Shown: positions 1-16,391 of the stretch, piece by piece
Layout of the letters: every line of letters starts with the position of its first letter
Position numbering within the stretch: position 1 is the stretch's first letter
Source of the DNA: Trichosphaerium sp. ATCC 40318
Lineage: Eukaryota > Protista > Tubulinea
Assembly: GCA_038496445.1 (NCBI GenBank)
Contig: JALMLS010000064.1
Coordinates: 372,001-436,000, forward strand
Reading direction: 5' to 3'
DNA: 64,000 bases
The notes under the pieces: model-generated
What the model was told of the DNA's origin: nothing
Databases searched by the model: none
The model's input: only the letters and a program-made list of their open reading frames with translations
Program-made: the position numbers and the translations under genes

Positions 1-378
1 ATTTAATTCATTAGAATGTTGACGTTAAATGTGCGTAGTTTGTGTACTCTTTTCGCTTTAGGTGGCATGGTATGATGTATACTGGTTTGTAGATAATTAC
101 GAAGGGTGACTGCTGATATCTGGAAGGTTGTAGAAATGTTTTGTTTATCGCTCTTTTCAATACTTGATTGATTTTTCAATCCGGAAGAAATTCCGTGTAA
201 AAATTGTTTGACGTTGGTTATGAATTCATTTGGTGTAGGTAATGGCGTATTACAAAGAATGCAAATTAAGTCTCAATTGAGTTCTTGTGTTAAGGACGAA
301 ATGTCTCTTTAAGTGGGGAGTTTAATGACTTGTGATGACACGTTTATTAAATCAACGGATGCACAGACAAAAATGGAA

Positions 379-3300
379 TCACTTCAATAGATCGTCCAGA
401 AGATCATTTTTAGCCCATGTTGGAATAGTAACACGAAGCTTTGGGTTGCTTTCCATTGCCCTAAAGCAAGTATTACAAAAAATAACTTCACCAAAAAACC
501 AACTTACTTTTTGCATGCAAATTCAGCGTTGTCGTTACCAGACCAAGCACGTCTTGCTACTCCATTGTTTACATCCCAGAACAACATCTGAGTGGCTCTA
601 TCTAGTGCGCTATCAGACCCATCGAGAACAAGTCCAAAACCGCCATTCATAGCTAGTCCCCATCCAGTACCACCTCCCTTTAAAAAAAAGACATTAACAA
701 TAATGGTGTTGGGAAAACGCAACAATTAACGTACATTGTGAAGTGCGACCCAATCTGCACCTCTCATAGCGTCTCCAATACAATTCTGAACAGCCTAAAT
801 AGGTTTTAGTACAATGAAGCGAAATCGAACTATTGAGTTGATTTACCATATCAGCACAAAACTTGGAGCCATCTGTAATATTTGACGTCTCTCTGAACGG
901 ACTATCCGGATAATGTAAGAAGAAAGTTGTAGAAGCACATCCAAGTAATGTTAGAAAGTACCTATCAGTGCCGCTGACATCATGGTGATCTCTGCTAATA
1001 ACCACAGGCGCTTTTAATTTGCCTAACATAGAAAGATTACTAATGGTAGCTTGTTTAAAAGAAGTGCGAAGTGTACCGTCTCTGACAGCCTTATTAAAGC
1101 GTTTAGCTATTTCTACTCTTCCCTTACAGTCTGAGTATAGAATACGAGCTTGAGAACCAACAACAATATTATGCCTAAAAGCATTGTCAGTAACAATAAA
1201 AACTCACTTAAGTTTTTCGCAGTGAGTACTTTTCTGCTTCTGTAACCCATAATAGGTTATCCTTGTACTGCTGTTGTTGTCTCGGATCACTTTTATCTAC
1301 ATACATAATTAAGCCACGTACAAAGGTAATGTATCAAGAACATACCATGAAGCTCTCTGCACACTTCAGCAGCGATTTTATCAGTAAGTCTCAAATCATC
1401 AGGATCACCACTAGTACAGATCCCTACCGAATTTAAATACTCCAAAATATCATTAAAGATCTGACTTACATCTGAAAGGACCAAATCCAAGTGAGAAAAT
1501 ATCACCTGCGCGCAATTAAAACCATCAATCAAAAAGAAAAAAATTCCAAAAATGGGCTTTTCTTGGTACCCATGATATCTTCAACGTATGATGGGTATTT
1601 AAATTTCGCATCTTCTCCATGTTGCATGATATCAGCACCTGCAAGGCTCGCTTGGTACAAGCTAAATAAATATAAGCATTTGCAAAAATACGTAAACAAA
1701 ATATTACATACAAGGAGTTTCCGTAATCCCAGAACTTCATTCCGTCTTTGCATAGTGTATTCACAGCATTAACATGTCTCTTAAGTGAAGCTTTCACAGC
1801 TTCTCTATATTGTATTTTAGCCAATTGTGAAAGAAAGTAGAGTACAATCACATACTTGAATCCATTAGGGTTTTCAGCCATCATTTTATTGGCTTCATCA
1901 AAGGACATGCCCGCAGGGTAGTAGCCGCCATTGAAAGGGTTGTGTAGACTTGTTTGATCTGATCCTAACTCAATCTTTGTACCTTCTTTAACAAACTTCT
2001 CAAGCAAGTCCACGACGTTTCCCTTGTTGAAAACTTCAGAAAAAAAAAAAACAGAACGAGAAAAAAAAAAGAATGAGTACACAGTAGGCTATGCTTGTTG
2101 CTTTCTTCGCCTTCCTCGCATTTTCTATCATCTTCATACACGTATCAAGGTCATCAGTATGTTGTTGTACCCATCCTTGTTCATAACGCTTCTTTACAGC
2201 TCTAGGATCTACTTCTGCAATGACAGCAACACAACCAGCAATAACACCAGCCTAAGCACATTTAGATAATTTTCACCAGTTGGACTTCACCTTTGCTTGA
2301 GCACCAGACATGCCTCCTAACCCAGCAGATACAAACACTTTACCAGAAAGATCAGGGCTACCCAAATATTTTCTGGCAGCGTTCAAGATTGTAATAGTTG
2401 TACCATGAACAATACCTTGAGGACCGATATCTAGGAGAAAGCTATCAGCATGTTGAAAAAGATATGTGTTGTTGCTACGATTATTGAACGTACAGCAATA
2501 GCTTCCAGCAGTCATTTGACCGAACATTGATACTCCCATAGCGTACATACGATCATAGTCGAGTTGTGTTGAGAAATTTGGAATGACCATACCGTTGGTG
2601 ATTACAACGCTGAAACAATCTTAGAAATTGACATATTTTGTTCGTTCCAAAATAAAAAATCAGAAAAAAAGTTGGTACTGACCGTGGTGAGTGTCTGTTA
2701 CTCGGAAACAATCCTACAGGATGTCCAGAGTACCTTTGAGTGTTAATGAACCGTGTTCGACCACAAGGACGTACATTACAAGTGTCTGATCTTCAGTGAG
2801 ATCAGATAAGTACTTCATCAAAAGATGGTATTGAGCCCTTTATATCAAAATTAAAAAACAACAAAATAACATGTTTCCACGTACCAATTGGAGAGTACTG
2901 ATCCATTACCACCATAAGTGATGAGTTCTTGTGGGAATTGGGCTACACTATCATCCAAATTGTTCATAATCATGAGTTGAATAGCTCGGCCTAGTTTTGG
3001 GTTTTGAAAAACAATTTTCTTTCTTTTTACATTTTGAAGGATTTCTTTCTTTAAAAGTACCTATCGTTGTTTTCGCCGGATAGGCGGAGATTGGGTATGC
3101 TTTTAGCTTGTATTTAGGCATGAACCGATACATATAAACGTGTCCATAGTTTGTTAGCTCGGCCAAGAATTCAGGAGCAAGTGTAGCGTGTAGGTGTTCT
3201 GGAAAGTATCTCAATGCGTTTTTAAGGAGTTGCTAAGGCTACATGAGCGGTAATAGCCAAACTTGTAACGTCACCTTTGTTTCTTCCTTTGTCAACTTTA

Positions 3301-3488
3301 CAGTACGTTTTGGCGCGTGGGGAACAGTTGTAGACCTTGTTTGTGCAGGTGGCAATGGATCTAATTGAATTCCATGTTTTAAACTCTCTAGAAACTTAGT
3401 AGAGGAAGCTAGAAATCGTAAGCGCTTTGCTGAGTTTAATCTACAAAAAAACAAACTAACTTTCTGTTATAACACACGTAGCGCTCAT
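379..3488 (-). CDS. UROC1: Urocanate hydratase (eukaryotic long type), multi-exon
   Basis: Spliced exons give NALRYFP, YGHVYMYRF, GQMTAGSYC, IGPQGIVHGT, GLGGMSGAQAK, SDQTSLHNP, RDHHDVSGTDSPFRETSNI, GGGTGWG, WDVNNGVARR; stop TGA at 381-379. Confidence 0.96.
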
Positions 3489-3724
3489 TCTGGTATTTCT
3501 TTCTATGCGTTGTATTCACGGGTAAGTGTGACGTCACACGTTAACGGGATTTATAATAAAATTAACGGCAGGTAAGTGTTTTTGATGATTTTATGACTTA
3601 TACAGCAGTTAACGTTGTTATTGAAATGTCTCTACGCGCACAAGCCCTTTTTGGTAGGTGTAGGTGTGTTTGAACGGCTTAAAACGAGATACACTCATTT
3701 TGGCTTTTGAATTCATTTGTCAGT

Positions 3725-4204
3725 TTAGCGCCATGTCTTCTTACCAGAGCGAGGATCAACAGTGAAGCCCTTTTTTCTGGCACCTATCCCGTGTTACGTT
3801 AATCGCTTACCAAATTATTTTGTACCGCCTGGTTTTGTTACTCGCACTACTGCTTCAAGACCAGCGTTGTCCCTTTGTTGGAATACACCGAATTGGTTTC
3901 CAGGTCCCCTTCCTTTAAGTATGTTAGTTTTGCGTAAAATGGTATTCTACTGCGCGCCTATGATGATATAAGACCCATTAGCAACGTTATAGTCCCGTTC
4001 TACCGATAACTGTTTTGATGGAATTTTAACGCACAACTTTATACTTCTGAGCGATCCAATACCAACTTTAACAGTAACAGTAAGAGTACCATCATTATTA
4101 TTAGCTGCGCCCTTGGATAAAATTGTCTGGCCATTCATTGTTGCTGTGAGAGGCTGACTTCCACTCACTGGTACTTGGCGAATAACGAGAATGAGTGTCG
4201 TCAT
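3725..4204 (-). CDS. Small hypothetical protein (3 exons, beta-rich, basic C-terminus)
   Basis: ATG 4204; open exon MTTLILVIRQ...SYII; GC-AG intron 3957-3913; GT-AG intron; ends ...DPRSGKKTWR*. Confidence 0.6.
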
Positions 4205-4843
4205 CTTTGAAAGTTGTGAGTGCGTGCTTTTGCACAAACCTTTCTTGACTTTTAAATTGCTTTTATCCAGTCAGTCAACTCCGTTGCCAGCATTTTCAAG
4301 TATGCCTTCACTAATCAGTGACGTATCTTGGTTAAATATTGACGGACTTACAGTTAATTGCACGTGATTTTAATGTCAATATTTGGTAGTATAAAAATAA
4401 AAGACTTTCGTGCTAGCGGACATTGTTTCCACTTTATGCGGAATACTAGTCGGTTTCGGGTGACTTTGGCGCTGTTACGATAAGTATTCACTTCGAATAC
4501 GATCACACCACTCCATAATGCACGTGCTGTATGTCCGTTTTAAACAAATTTGATAAAACAATCTCAAACCTTATTAATCTTGGTGACACATGTCCGAGGA
4601 GTAGGGATCATTTTCGCTAGGAAGTTCTTTAGACACAAACCCGATAACGTTGCCAACATGTATTTTTTTGCCTACACTAAACGTACACCATTTACCTTTT
4701 TCTAGTAACATAAATAAAGTGAAATATCACCTCGTTTTTTTTAAATGGAAATAATCAATGTGGACTGAAAGCTGACTAACTAAATATGATAACCGTTCTA
4801 ATAAAAAGCAAATAGAAACATAACCTATCTGAATATACACGAA

Positions 4844-6781
4844 ATGCACCTCATCTTCTTTTTTGCTCTTATAGGTAACCTCCAACAACTTGTCATTGTC
4901 TCCTGGTATTTATTTTACACCTAGGCTCGTTTATTGCTTCCTCAAGTGCAGGTATTGTGTTTAAATCTGGGCCATTACAAGCACGTGGAGAAATATCTGC
5001 GGCATCTCTTTGGTTCAAAGACCAAGCGGTACCAGCAGAAGTATCAGGTCCTTTTATGTTCTTTGACGTACAAGAAATGAAAAGTATGTATGGAGAAACG
5101 AAATATTTTGAAAAGGTTTTTTTATCACTCACCATATCTTGTTTTAGATCACGTGGTTGCCGTTTCGACTAGCGATATAGAGTTTATTTCTCATGCTAAT
5201 ACAGCGTGCAGTAGAGGAGCTATAGCTATTGTTATTGTAAACGACGCGCGTATTGTTGGAGACGGTTGTATTCAATATCTGGCAGAAGGTGCGCAGAGTT
5301 TTTCCTCTTTTGAGAAGTTGGGCATAAAAATATTTTGTTTCAGTCCGCATCGTTTACCTCTTCGCAGTTACATGCGATACACCAATAGTTCAACTTGAAG
5401 ATATTACTTCGTCGTTATTGAAAAACTCCGAAGGTCACAACGTAACTCTGATTAACGGTACGGTAGCAAACATGCTACAAACACGTGTGTACATTAAATC
5501 GCTTCGTATATTTAGGTTCTAATTCTTGCCACAATTTGTATAATAGCTTGGCTTATCATATTCTATGTGCTTTAATGGCTATATCTACATTGATTCTATG
5601 CGCTTATTGTTGTATAGTGTACGTCAATGTGTTTTCCTGTGGGTAAAAGTCTTACGATTTTTCAGTTTAGTAAAAGTAATGGTGTTCAAAAGTGATCGTT
5701 TTTTGAAGGCTGTTGTTGTTATAACAACTTGTATAATAGCTAACATCGGTGCGTATTTTAAAGCTACAACAATCAAGATATTCTTGCTAACCCAAGGTTA
5801 GTTCGTTTTGTATACTCTTTGGATATTGAAGGAGGTCATGCGTTCTATGGATATAAAATTGCACATTCTTTGTTTATAGCAAGCATTCCAATAGACGCTG
5901 CTGCGAACGTCTTGATTATTATGTTTTGGTACGATTGCATTATCCGTTTTATTCAAGTAATAGGATCTAACTTATTGATATAGGCATGAGGTATGGGCAA
6001 ATAAAAAGGTATCGGGTAAAGGATCCAACTTTCTTTCACGGAATTTTGGTGTACGTTTTTTGTGGTGCTTTGTGTGCTTTTGAAGGTTATTAATATCTAT
6101 TTAAGATGGTCTGGGGTATGTTCCTTGGATTCCAGTTGGCAATACTAGTTTTGACAATACTCGCTCTGAGTTGTACGGCTTTATTTTTATGCTTCAGTTT
6201 CATCATTTTTTCATGCTAAGTTTTTCCTTCTGCAGTTCATATTAGTTTCCAAATAGTTCAAGTGTCGTTATACACTCTTCTTGTCATCGGATATCTTATT
6301 ATTGTAGCTTATAATATAATGGTAGCTACACTTGTACGTATACATGTAGTCAGCGGAACAAAACTCTAAAACTCAATAGATTCATAAAAAAATAAGAAAG
6401 CAGGATTTACCAGAAAACTTGCGCATGGATAGAAAGGTACCTTAGGGTTTTTGATCGTTTTCTTCTAACTTTTTTTATAGCTTACAGTGAGAGTTATACT
6501 ATTAACTATTTTCTACGTTTCTATGATCGCAATGTTCGGAGTTTTGATTGTACCAACATCTTCTCCATCTTTCAGATTTGGTAGAATTTACTTTTTCAGC
6601 TGCATTTCATTGATCATAAGCGCCTCTCAGGTAGGTTCTTAAATCTTTTGTAATGTTGTATTAACTCACGTAGGTATACTGGTTTGGAAGTCCAATAACA
6701 GATGAACTGATAGAGAAGCCAGAGCTGGATATGGACAGAACAGACCGATCAATGCGAGGAAGTATTGTATCCCGTGTTTAA
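4844..6781 (+). CDS. Signal peptide + PA-like ectodomain + 7TM (THH1/TOM1-like) receptor-like membrane protein
   Basis: Hydrophobic N-terminus MHLIFFFALIG; PA-like ACSRGAIAIVIVND and PIVQL; then about 7 hydrophobic segments including RFVYSLDIEGG and SIP...LIIMFWHE; ends VSRV*. Confidence 0.7.
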
Positions 6782-7238
6782 ACTAACAAAAACAATAAAC
6801 ACAACTGTATTTTCATAGTATCGCTTTTAATGATGTACTTCCGAGAGTTTTACGAAGTCTGTTCAATCACGAAAAGCAGAAACGCAAAAAAAGAAGAAAG
6901 TCAAGCATTTCACATAACATGTCGTACAAGAACAAGCGTAAGGCAAATTCACGCCCTCGAGGCAGGCGTAAAATACCTCCACGCATGGAGAAATGTGTCA
7001 AGTATGTCTTTGTATTGAAATTACTTTGTAACGCGTTATAAGGGACTTTATTAAGCATTTCGAAGGCTCTGTACTACATACATCAGATATATTGCATAGA
7101 TTAGGCCATAGAAACGAATTTAACTCTATAAACGATAAAGTGATGCAAGGAATGATTGACACGAGTACGATAGCGTATTAAACGCCTTATAACATGTCTT
7201 CAGTTGTTGAGCGGGAAAAAAACAGTCCAGCATCCGTC

Positions 7239-9950
<2,712 letters not shown>

Positions 9951-10108
9951 AACTACAAATCTACTTAACTTAACGTAACTTCTAATCAGCTGAACTTAAA
10001 GTTGTTTTTTCCTCGTATTTTTTTTCCAAGTATCAAAAATCACTTGTAAAAGTTTAAGTCGCGAACACGGCATTAAGTGGAATGTCATAAAAAAGTATTG
10101 AACCAAAG

Positions 10109-13100
10109 ATGACAACTACTACAGACCCTAAACAACAACGGGCTGTCTGTGAGGGTTTATTGAACTTTGGTACGCGGAAAAACACAATAAACGGTTTTTA
10201 AAACTGTTTAACGTTTTTTAATAGCTCTTGATCACACTAAGGATGTTGAGAGCAGCTACAACCTTGCTAAAGTCCTTTTAAACCGCACAGAATATGCACG
10301 TCTTTTCTAATCTAAATTTATACCGAGAAATACAATCAAACGTCGCTCTAGCGCTTTGTATGTTGTTTTTAACGCCGAACGTAGGATCTTGTATTCAAAA
10401 TACTTTGCTCAGCGCAAGATAGACTTGTCACACTTGCAAACGCCAGAAAAGCTCGTAAAACGCGTGACATTGCGCTTAAAACGCCATTGGCAGAACTAGA
10501 GGAGGAGAAACAAGAGCTAGAAAAAAAAGGCGACTCGCTCACTCCAGAAAAGGAAGAATACCTTAGGCTTGTTCACCTTGAGAAGGTACATACGATGCAT
10601 GTTGTTTTTAAAGTTGCTTTCTTAGTTGTCATTTTCCACTAACGCTTTTTGTGTTTTTCAAATAGGAGCTTCAACGTCAACTACCAGAGACAGCTACTCT
10701 AGACGATGAGACAAATTCACAATGGAGATTAAAATTGGCTAAATTAGTTGTTCAAGCTGCATTTAATCAAAAGTTGAAAAAAGTTAGCGATTTTGAGAAG
10801 GAAAAGAAACCAGTCAATGAGGACGAACTTGACGCAGCTGTAGTAGACGTGAGTATTCAGTACATTGAAAAAAAAAACATCGTTATTTGTTTCAAGTTTT
10901 GTTTTTTTCTTTTATTCTTCACACGTGCCGTACACGTTTTTCTCACTTGTTTTTAATTCTAATGTTTTTTTAGGTTCTCAAGCATATTATTCCAAAGATC
11001 GATTCTCCATCAGATCTCCTGCGTGTATGCCAAAAGTACGTTATAATAATCACCTCTTTTTTCATACCATTCAAAAATTTAACGAAGTAATAAGGGTGAA
11101 CAAGTACTCTCCACAAATAGCTGTAGAGATTGTAAAAGAGGCGCACTCTCGTTTACAAAAATTCGTTGAGTCTCTTCGTGATCGCAACGGTAAACGTATT
11201 CGTCGTACTCTCTTAAAAGAAGAACAAGATCGTTTGCAAACAATCAAAAAGGAGCTAAGTCCAAAAGAAAAGAAAGAACTTGAAGACTTGGAACGTCAAG
11301 TGAAATTCTTTGTAAAGCCTTACGCTGGTAAACTACGCAAAGCCAAAGCAGAAGAGAGCTTAATAGTCGAGGCACCTCAATTACCTGTCATAAACAAACA
11401 ACAAGGCGGTGATGTGACTATGACGAATGCACCTCCAGCTCCTGCAGCTGGTATCTTCTCCAACATGCAACAACAAGCAGGTCAACAGCAGGCCGCGTTC
11501 GGCTTTAACGCTCCTCCACCTACTGCTGCAACAGGATTTGGACTAGGCACTGGCTTTACGCCTAACCCTTTACAGCAACAAGCCCAACAACAGGCTGCGT
11601 TCGGCTTTAACACTCCTACACCTACTGCTGGTGTTACAGGATTTGGAACAGCAACGGGATTTGGACTAGGCAATGGATTTACACCAAACCCTTTACAGCA
11701 ACAACAACAACAGCAGCAACATCTAAACGTACCTCAGCCTATGGTAGTGGAAGAGGATGATGAGAAAGAAGATGAAGAGTTAAATGGCGCTATGATTGAT
11801 ACTGACGATATTAATGTATGTCAAACACTCTCTATTTGTATTTCTGTTTCTAACTTTTTTTCCCTTAGGCACTTGAAAAACAAGCGCTAGAGATTGCCAG
11901 ACAAAAGATTCAAACCGCTATTTACTATCAGAAGAGATTAAACAATAGAAAGTATCTTAGTGAACGTGGTAAAGCAATTTTAACTCAAGTAAGTGTTTTT
12001 TTCTATATTCAACGATGTTGGTCTAACATTGATTACTAAGAAAGAAAAAAATGCTTTATCCAATGGAGATGTTGCAACAGCCGTTGAGGTAGCACTCAAG
12101 TCATGTCTCAATCCAGAATATATCTCTAATCCAGATCACATGATGCTCTTATCTGACACGCTCAATGAAAAGTAAGTTTGTGTACTTTTTTGTTTTTGGG
12201 TCGTTAATTTCTTCTTGTAGAAAAGCTTATGACTTGATTTTGCTTGTCGGCGATGCCATACTCAATCAGATCGCATTGCTTCATGCTGAATTTAAAGAAA
12301 GATCGAAGAAAAAAGCTAACTTGGCAGCATTGAGAACCGTACAAACTTTTCTTTTTTCCATTTTTTTTTTCGTTTCTCAAGCTAAAAACTTGTTTAGGAA
12401 CGTGATGAAGCACTTAAAAAATGGAAAGTTCTTGATAACACAAAAAACAAGAACTATTCGAAGCAGAGTATAACTCTCGCTTAGAACCAAAGACACTACC
12501 TAGCTTCCATTTCTATGGCACTAAACGTCTTGAAACGCTAAAACTTCGTGCTTTTAAACTCATGTTGGAAGCTGTTTTTAACAACAAAGCCGACTTTGAA
12601 AAAATGCTTCTAGATGAAACTACACCTAACCCATCAGCTGCAACCATCACCGCTAAACGCGAAGAGTTCAGTACGAATATAAGTAAGGTTGTAGGACTCG
12701 TTCAAAACCCTACAAACCTTTACGAAATCGCGAACTTCATTTTGCCAAGACAGGACAGCAACACTGTTTTGGAGTTGGGTGAGCGTTGCCAAAAGATCAT
12801 TCAACAAGTCGATGAGATGCGCGCAGAGCGTGCTCCACTTCAGAAAGAGCTTAATGATCTCACTGCAAAGCACAAGGACTTGACAAATCGTAAACGAGAC
12901 GTTCCTGCTGAACTGGAAGAACGTATCGATGAACTAAACGAACAGGTGAAGATTACTTTTTTTTGTTGATATCACTTACGATATGTTTTAGATTGCTAAA
13001 CTGCCTGAATGGCCAGAGTATGGTAAACTATTCGAAGTCTATCAATACGACTCTTTGAATCTCGATATTGTTCGTGTCATGTCATCGGCTATTCTCGACA

Positions 13101-16100
13101 AGAAAAAGATGGTCGAAGACAACATTGCTAAAATGGTAACGTTTGTTTTTGTGAACTTAGCTTTTGTTTGGTCTCTTTGCTTTGTTTATTGCTTACTCAC
13201 TCTTTCTTTAGTTCAAAGAGATGCCACCTGAAGATATCCCTCACGATCAAATCGCAAAAGATCGCGCTGAAATCCAGAAACACATTAAACGTCTCACGAA
13301 AATGTGTCTTGAAAAATTCAACAATCCAAGCTACCTTCTTCGCTTCAACCAAGATATGGCTGCTCGTGGTGAAGTAGGTATTGTTCTAGAAGTATCTGAT
13401 AAGTGTATGGAACGTATAAAGAAGATTGAAGCAAAGAGGAAGGTCAGGTTACCTATCTTCAACGAACTCAAAGAAGCACAAGCAGAAAGTGCTAATCTCG
13501 TTGCGCTAAAGAAACCAGTACCAGATGAGGTTACACAAAAAATCAAGTCATGCAAACAGAGCCTTAAAATGCTTCCAACGTGGCCTCATTTTGCGAACTT
13601 AACAGATAAGTATCAATACGATAATGTTAAGCTTCAAACTGCTCAAACAGCTTTTGAGAGTGCATGGAAAGATAGAGATTCACTAGAGAAAGAAATCTCA
13701 AGAAAAGTACGATAAATTATTTTCTGAGAAAGAATTTCTTTAAACTGTTTTTTGAATCTTTGTGAAGCGCATACCTTACTCACTTTCTGTTTGTAGTTAT
13801 ACCAAGATAGAGACTCTGTTGATACTAAAAAAGCGGCCGCAGATCTTGAAGAGAAGGGAGATATTGTACAATCTACGATAACTCTTTGTCTTGATAATGT
13901 TACAAATCCACAAGATATTCTTTCTTTTGCTGGAACTCTAAAATCACGTGCCGAAGCAAACCATATGTTGGTTGTTTCAAAATGCTGTTTCTGTGCCATC
14001 ACTGATTTAGAAGACTTAAGAAAAGAGAAGAATAGATACGAAGAGAAAAGAAATGTTCTCCTTGATGAGAAGAAATGGTTAGTAGATAGAAAGAAACCTG
14101 TACCAGAAGATCTCACTGCAATGATTGAAGAGATCGAAGAAACTTTGAAAACAAGTGAATACAGCAAGGTGAGTGAGAACGTTTTATAAATCTCAGTTTT
14201 TTCCTTCTTTTTTGACATTGACCTTTGTTTTTAGCATGTTAAGTCTCTTTCTGACTTGGACAATCTACGTTCACAAGTTGCTACTTCTATGCTACAATGT
14301 GTAGATGCAAGAGTCAAAAACCTCAAAGCAAAATTGAACGATACAACAACAGAGTACACTAAAGAGCAAATCAAACAATTTGAAGCTGAACTCGAGGTAA
14401 CTTACACTTAACTGTCTGAATACTCATAATTACATAGAAACTACCTGGAGCTAGTCTTTCATTGTTATCAAAGTCTATTACAAACCCACACCACTTGAAA
14501 ACAGCAGCTTCAATTTTCGAAAACAGCGGAGATTTTGACTCCACTTTGAAGATCTATGAAGCTTGCTTTGTGCAATTGGAACAACTCAAGGCATACCGTA
14601 AGATCAGAGAAGAGCCTGATGCCAAAATCAAAGAACTCCAAGAAGTACGGCGATCATTTTTATGAATTGAATATTAGTGCTCATTTTTTTAAAGCAAATC
14701 AGAAAACTTGATCGTCAGCGTAAACAGTTGCCTGAAGAAGAACGTATTGAACTTCGTGCTCTACTTCTAGACCAAAGATTATTCCATTTGATGCCTTCAA
14801 TATATGCTATGCATAATGACTATGACAAGGAGTGCTTAGAGTTGACTAAAAAGACTGTACTACTTTTTCTTATTTTTTTCTGGAGGAAAGACGTACTTAT
14901 TTCTTTTTGCCTTGTAGTTGAATACACATAATGCTAAGGTCAAAGACTATGAAAACAAGGCAGCTATGAATGAAGATCTCACTCATGAGATTATCGAAGC
15001 TACAAAGAAAGAACTCGCTAAAGAGATGGCTGAACTTTGCGGAAAATGTCTTCACGCAATAGACAAAGTTTCAAATCTTATTGCACTCACATCTTGGCTT
15101 TCTTCTCAGAAACACTACATGCTTGTGATCGATGCTGGTAATAGATGTGAAGCTTTTATTAATGAGCAATTTGAAGAACTTACACGACAAGAACAGATCA
15201 AGGCTGAATTCGAAAAGTACAAAAATACCTTTGTTTGACCGACATTGTTCTCACTTTCTTCTCTTAGACTTGATCAAATGCGTATTCAAGAACTAGCTAG
15301 AAATGAAGATGGAACTGTAGATCCTGACATAACTGCAAAAGTACAGAAAGCGCGCATGGAGAAAAACGTATGTGTCATCAAACTTCTTTATGTTTTAATG
15401 TACGACTTAACTAATGTATTTTAAGGCATTGCCAGTGCTTGACTATACTTCTGAATCTTTGAATCAACAACTTCTTGATATTGCCGGTTTGATCATCGCT
15501 GCAGCAAAAATAGAAGACTTGGACGATGTACTCCGCTCACAGACTATCCTTGCTTTCAAGGCAGATACTACAATTGCGAGATGGGATGAAGTCAGAAACT
15601 TGACTTCTGAGGCTGATTGGGATGGCGTAAAACAAGATTTGATTGTATTTTTACTTGAACGTAATGATGTCAACGCAGATGACAAAATGCAACTTCTTCT
15701 GAAAGAAGGGTAAGTCAAAGAAAAACAAAACCAATCCACTCACTTTTTTTTTTTAGATTATACGAACAAGTCTTACAGATCTTCCCAAAGCCAGAGGGTA
15801 CAGGAGAGGAAGAAATCGAGAGATTATATGATCTGTACCGTAAGGTAGAAGATGATAAACCTGAGTATCTCGAACATATCACTCAACACGTGACACGTTA
15901 CATGAAAGTAAGTCAACTTAACCATGTTTGCGTCATTTGACAAATAGTGTTTTTTTCTAATCTATGCCAATAGCGCTACTTCTTGATGTATGATTTCAAT
16001 GCAATGGATAAGGTTTTGGATAGATACCAAAGAAGATTCCCAAGTGCTATTGTAATCATGTACGCAAAAGCACTTGACATGGTACTCATCAACATTGTTC

Positions 16101-16391
16101 CTTCACAATATGGCGCTCTATGTAGGTGCTTAGGCACACTAAAGAAGCGATTGAACGATGTAAACAGGCCAGAAGAGGTAAGGAATTGCTTTTAAAGACC
16201 TGTGAACGTAAACTGACTTGTGTTTGTTTTAGTGGAATGACTTCTTTAAGCAATTCAAGCAAAAGTACAAAACTAAGAAGAAGCTCATACAACGTGTCAA
16301 CCTTATCGGTGACTCAATGTTCGATTTGGATACGGCTCCTCCACCAGCTAAACGCCGTAAAACGAAAAAAGGTAAAAAAGGTGTAAGGTAG
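10109..16391 (+). CDS. Very large helical/coiled-coil repeat protein with an FG/Q-rich insert and a C-terminus resembling bacterial SWIM-finger-associated helical proteins
   Basis: Exons join in frame from MTTTTDPKQQ to ...KKGKKGVR*; about 170-aa internal repeats (NP..L...VL...C...K.VP.E); C-terminal Y..LC..L..LK.....W..F...FK.KY..K.KL. Confidence 0.8.
11484..11718 (+). repeat. Imperfect tandem duplication (~100-120 nt) encoding QQQAAFGFN.P.PTA.TGFGLG.GFTPNPLQQQ
   Basis: gcgttcggctttaac, ggatttggactaggc and aaccctttacagcaaca each occur twice, followed by CAA/CAG runs. Confidence 0.9.

Noticed and set aside
1-330. Possible terminal exon of an upstream gene
   Set aside because: Too short to assign without upstream sequence.
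4480-4540. ACGGACATAC on the minus strand resembling the 5' end of 5S rRNA
   Set aside because: The downstream 5S conserved boxes and helix I complement are missing.
6800-7233. Possible small minus-strand spliced ORF upstream of NVL
   Set aside because: Its ATG would lie within a few bases of the NVL ATG, and it has no recognisable motif.
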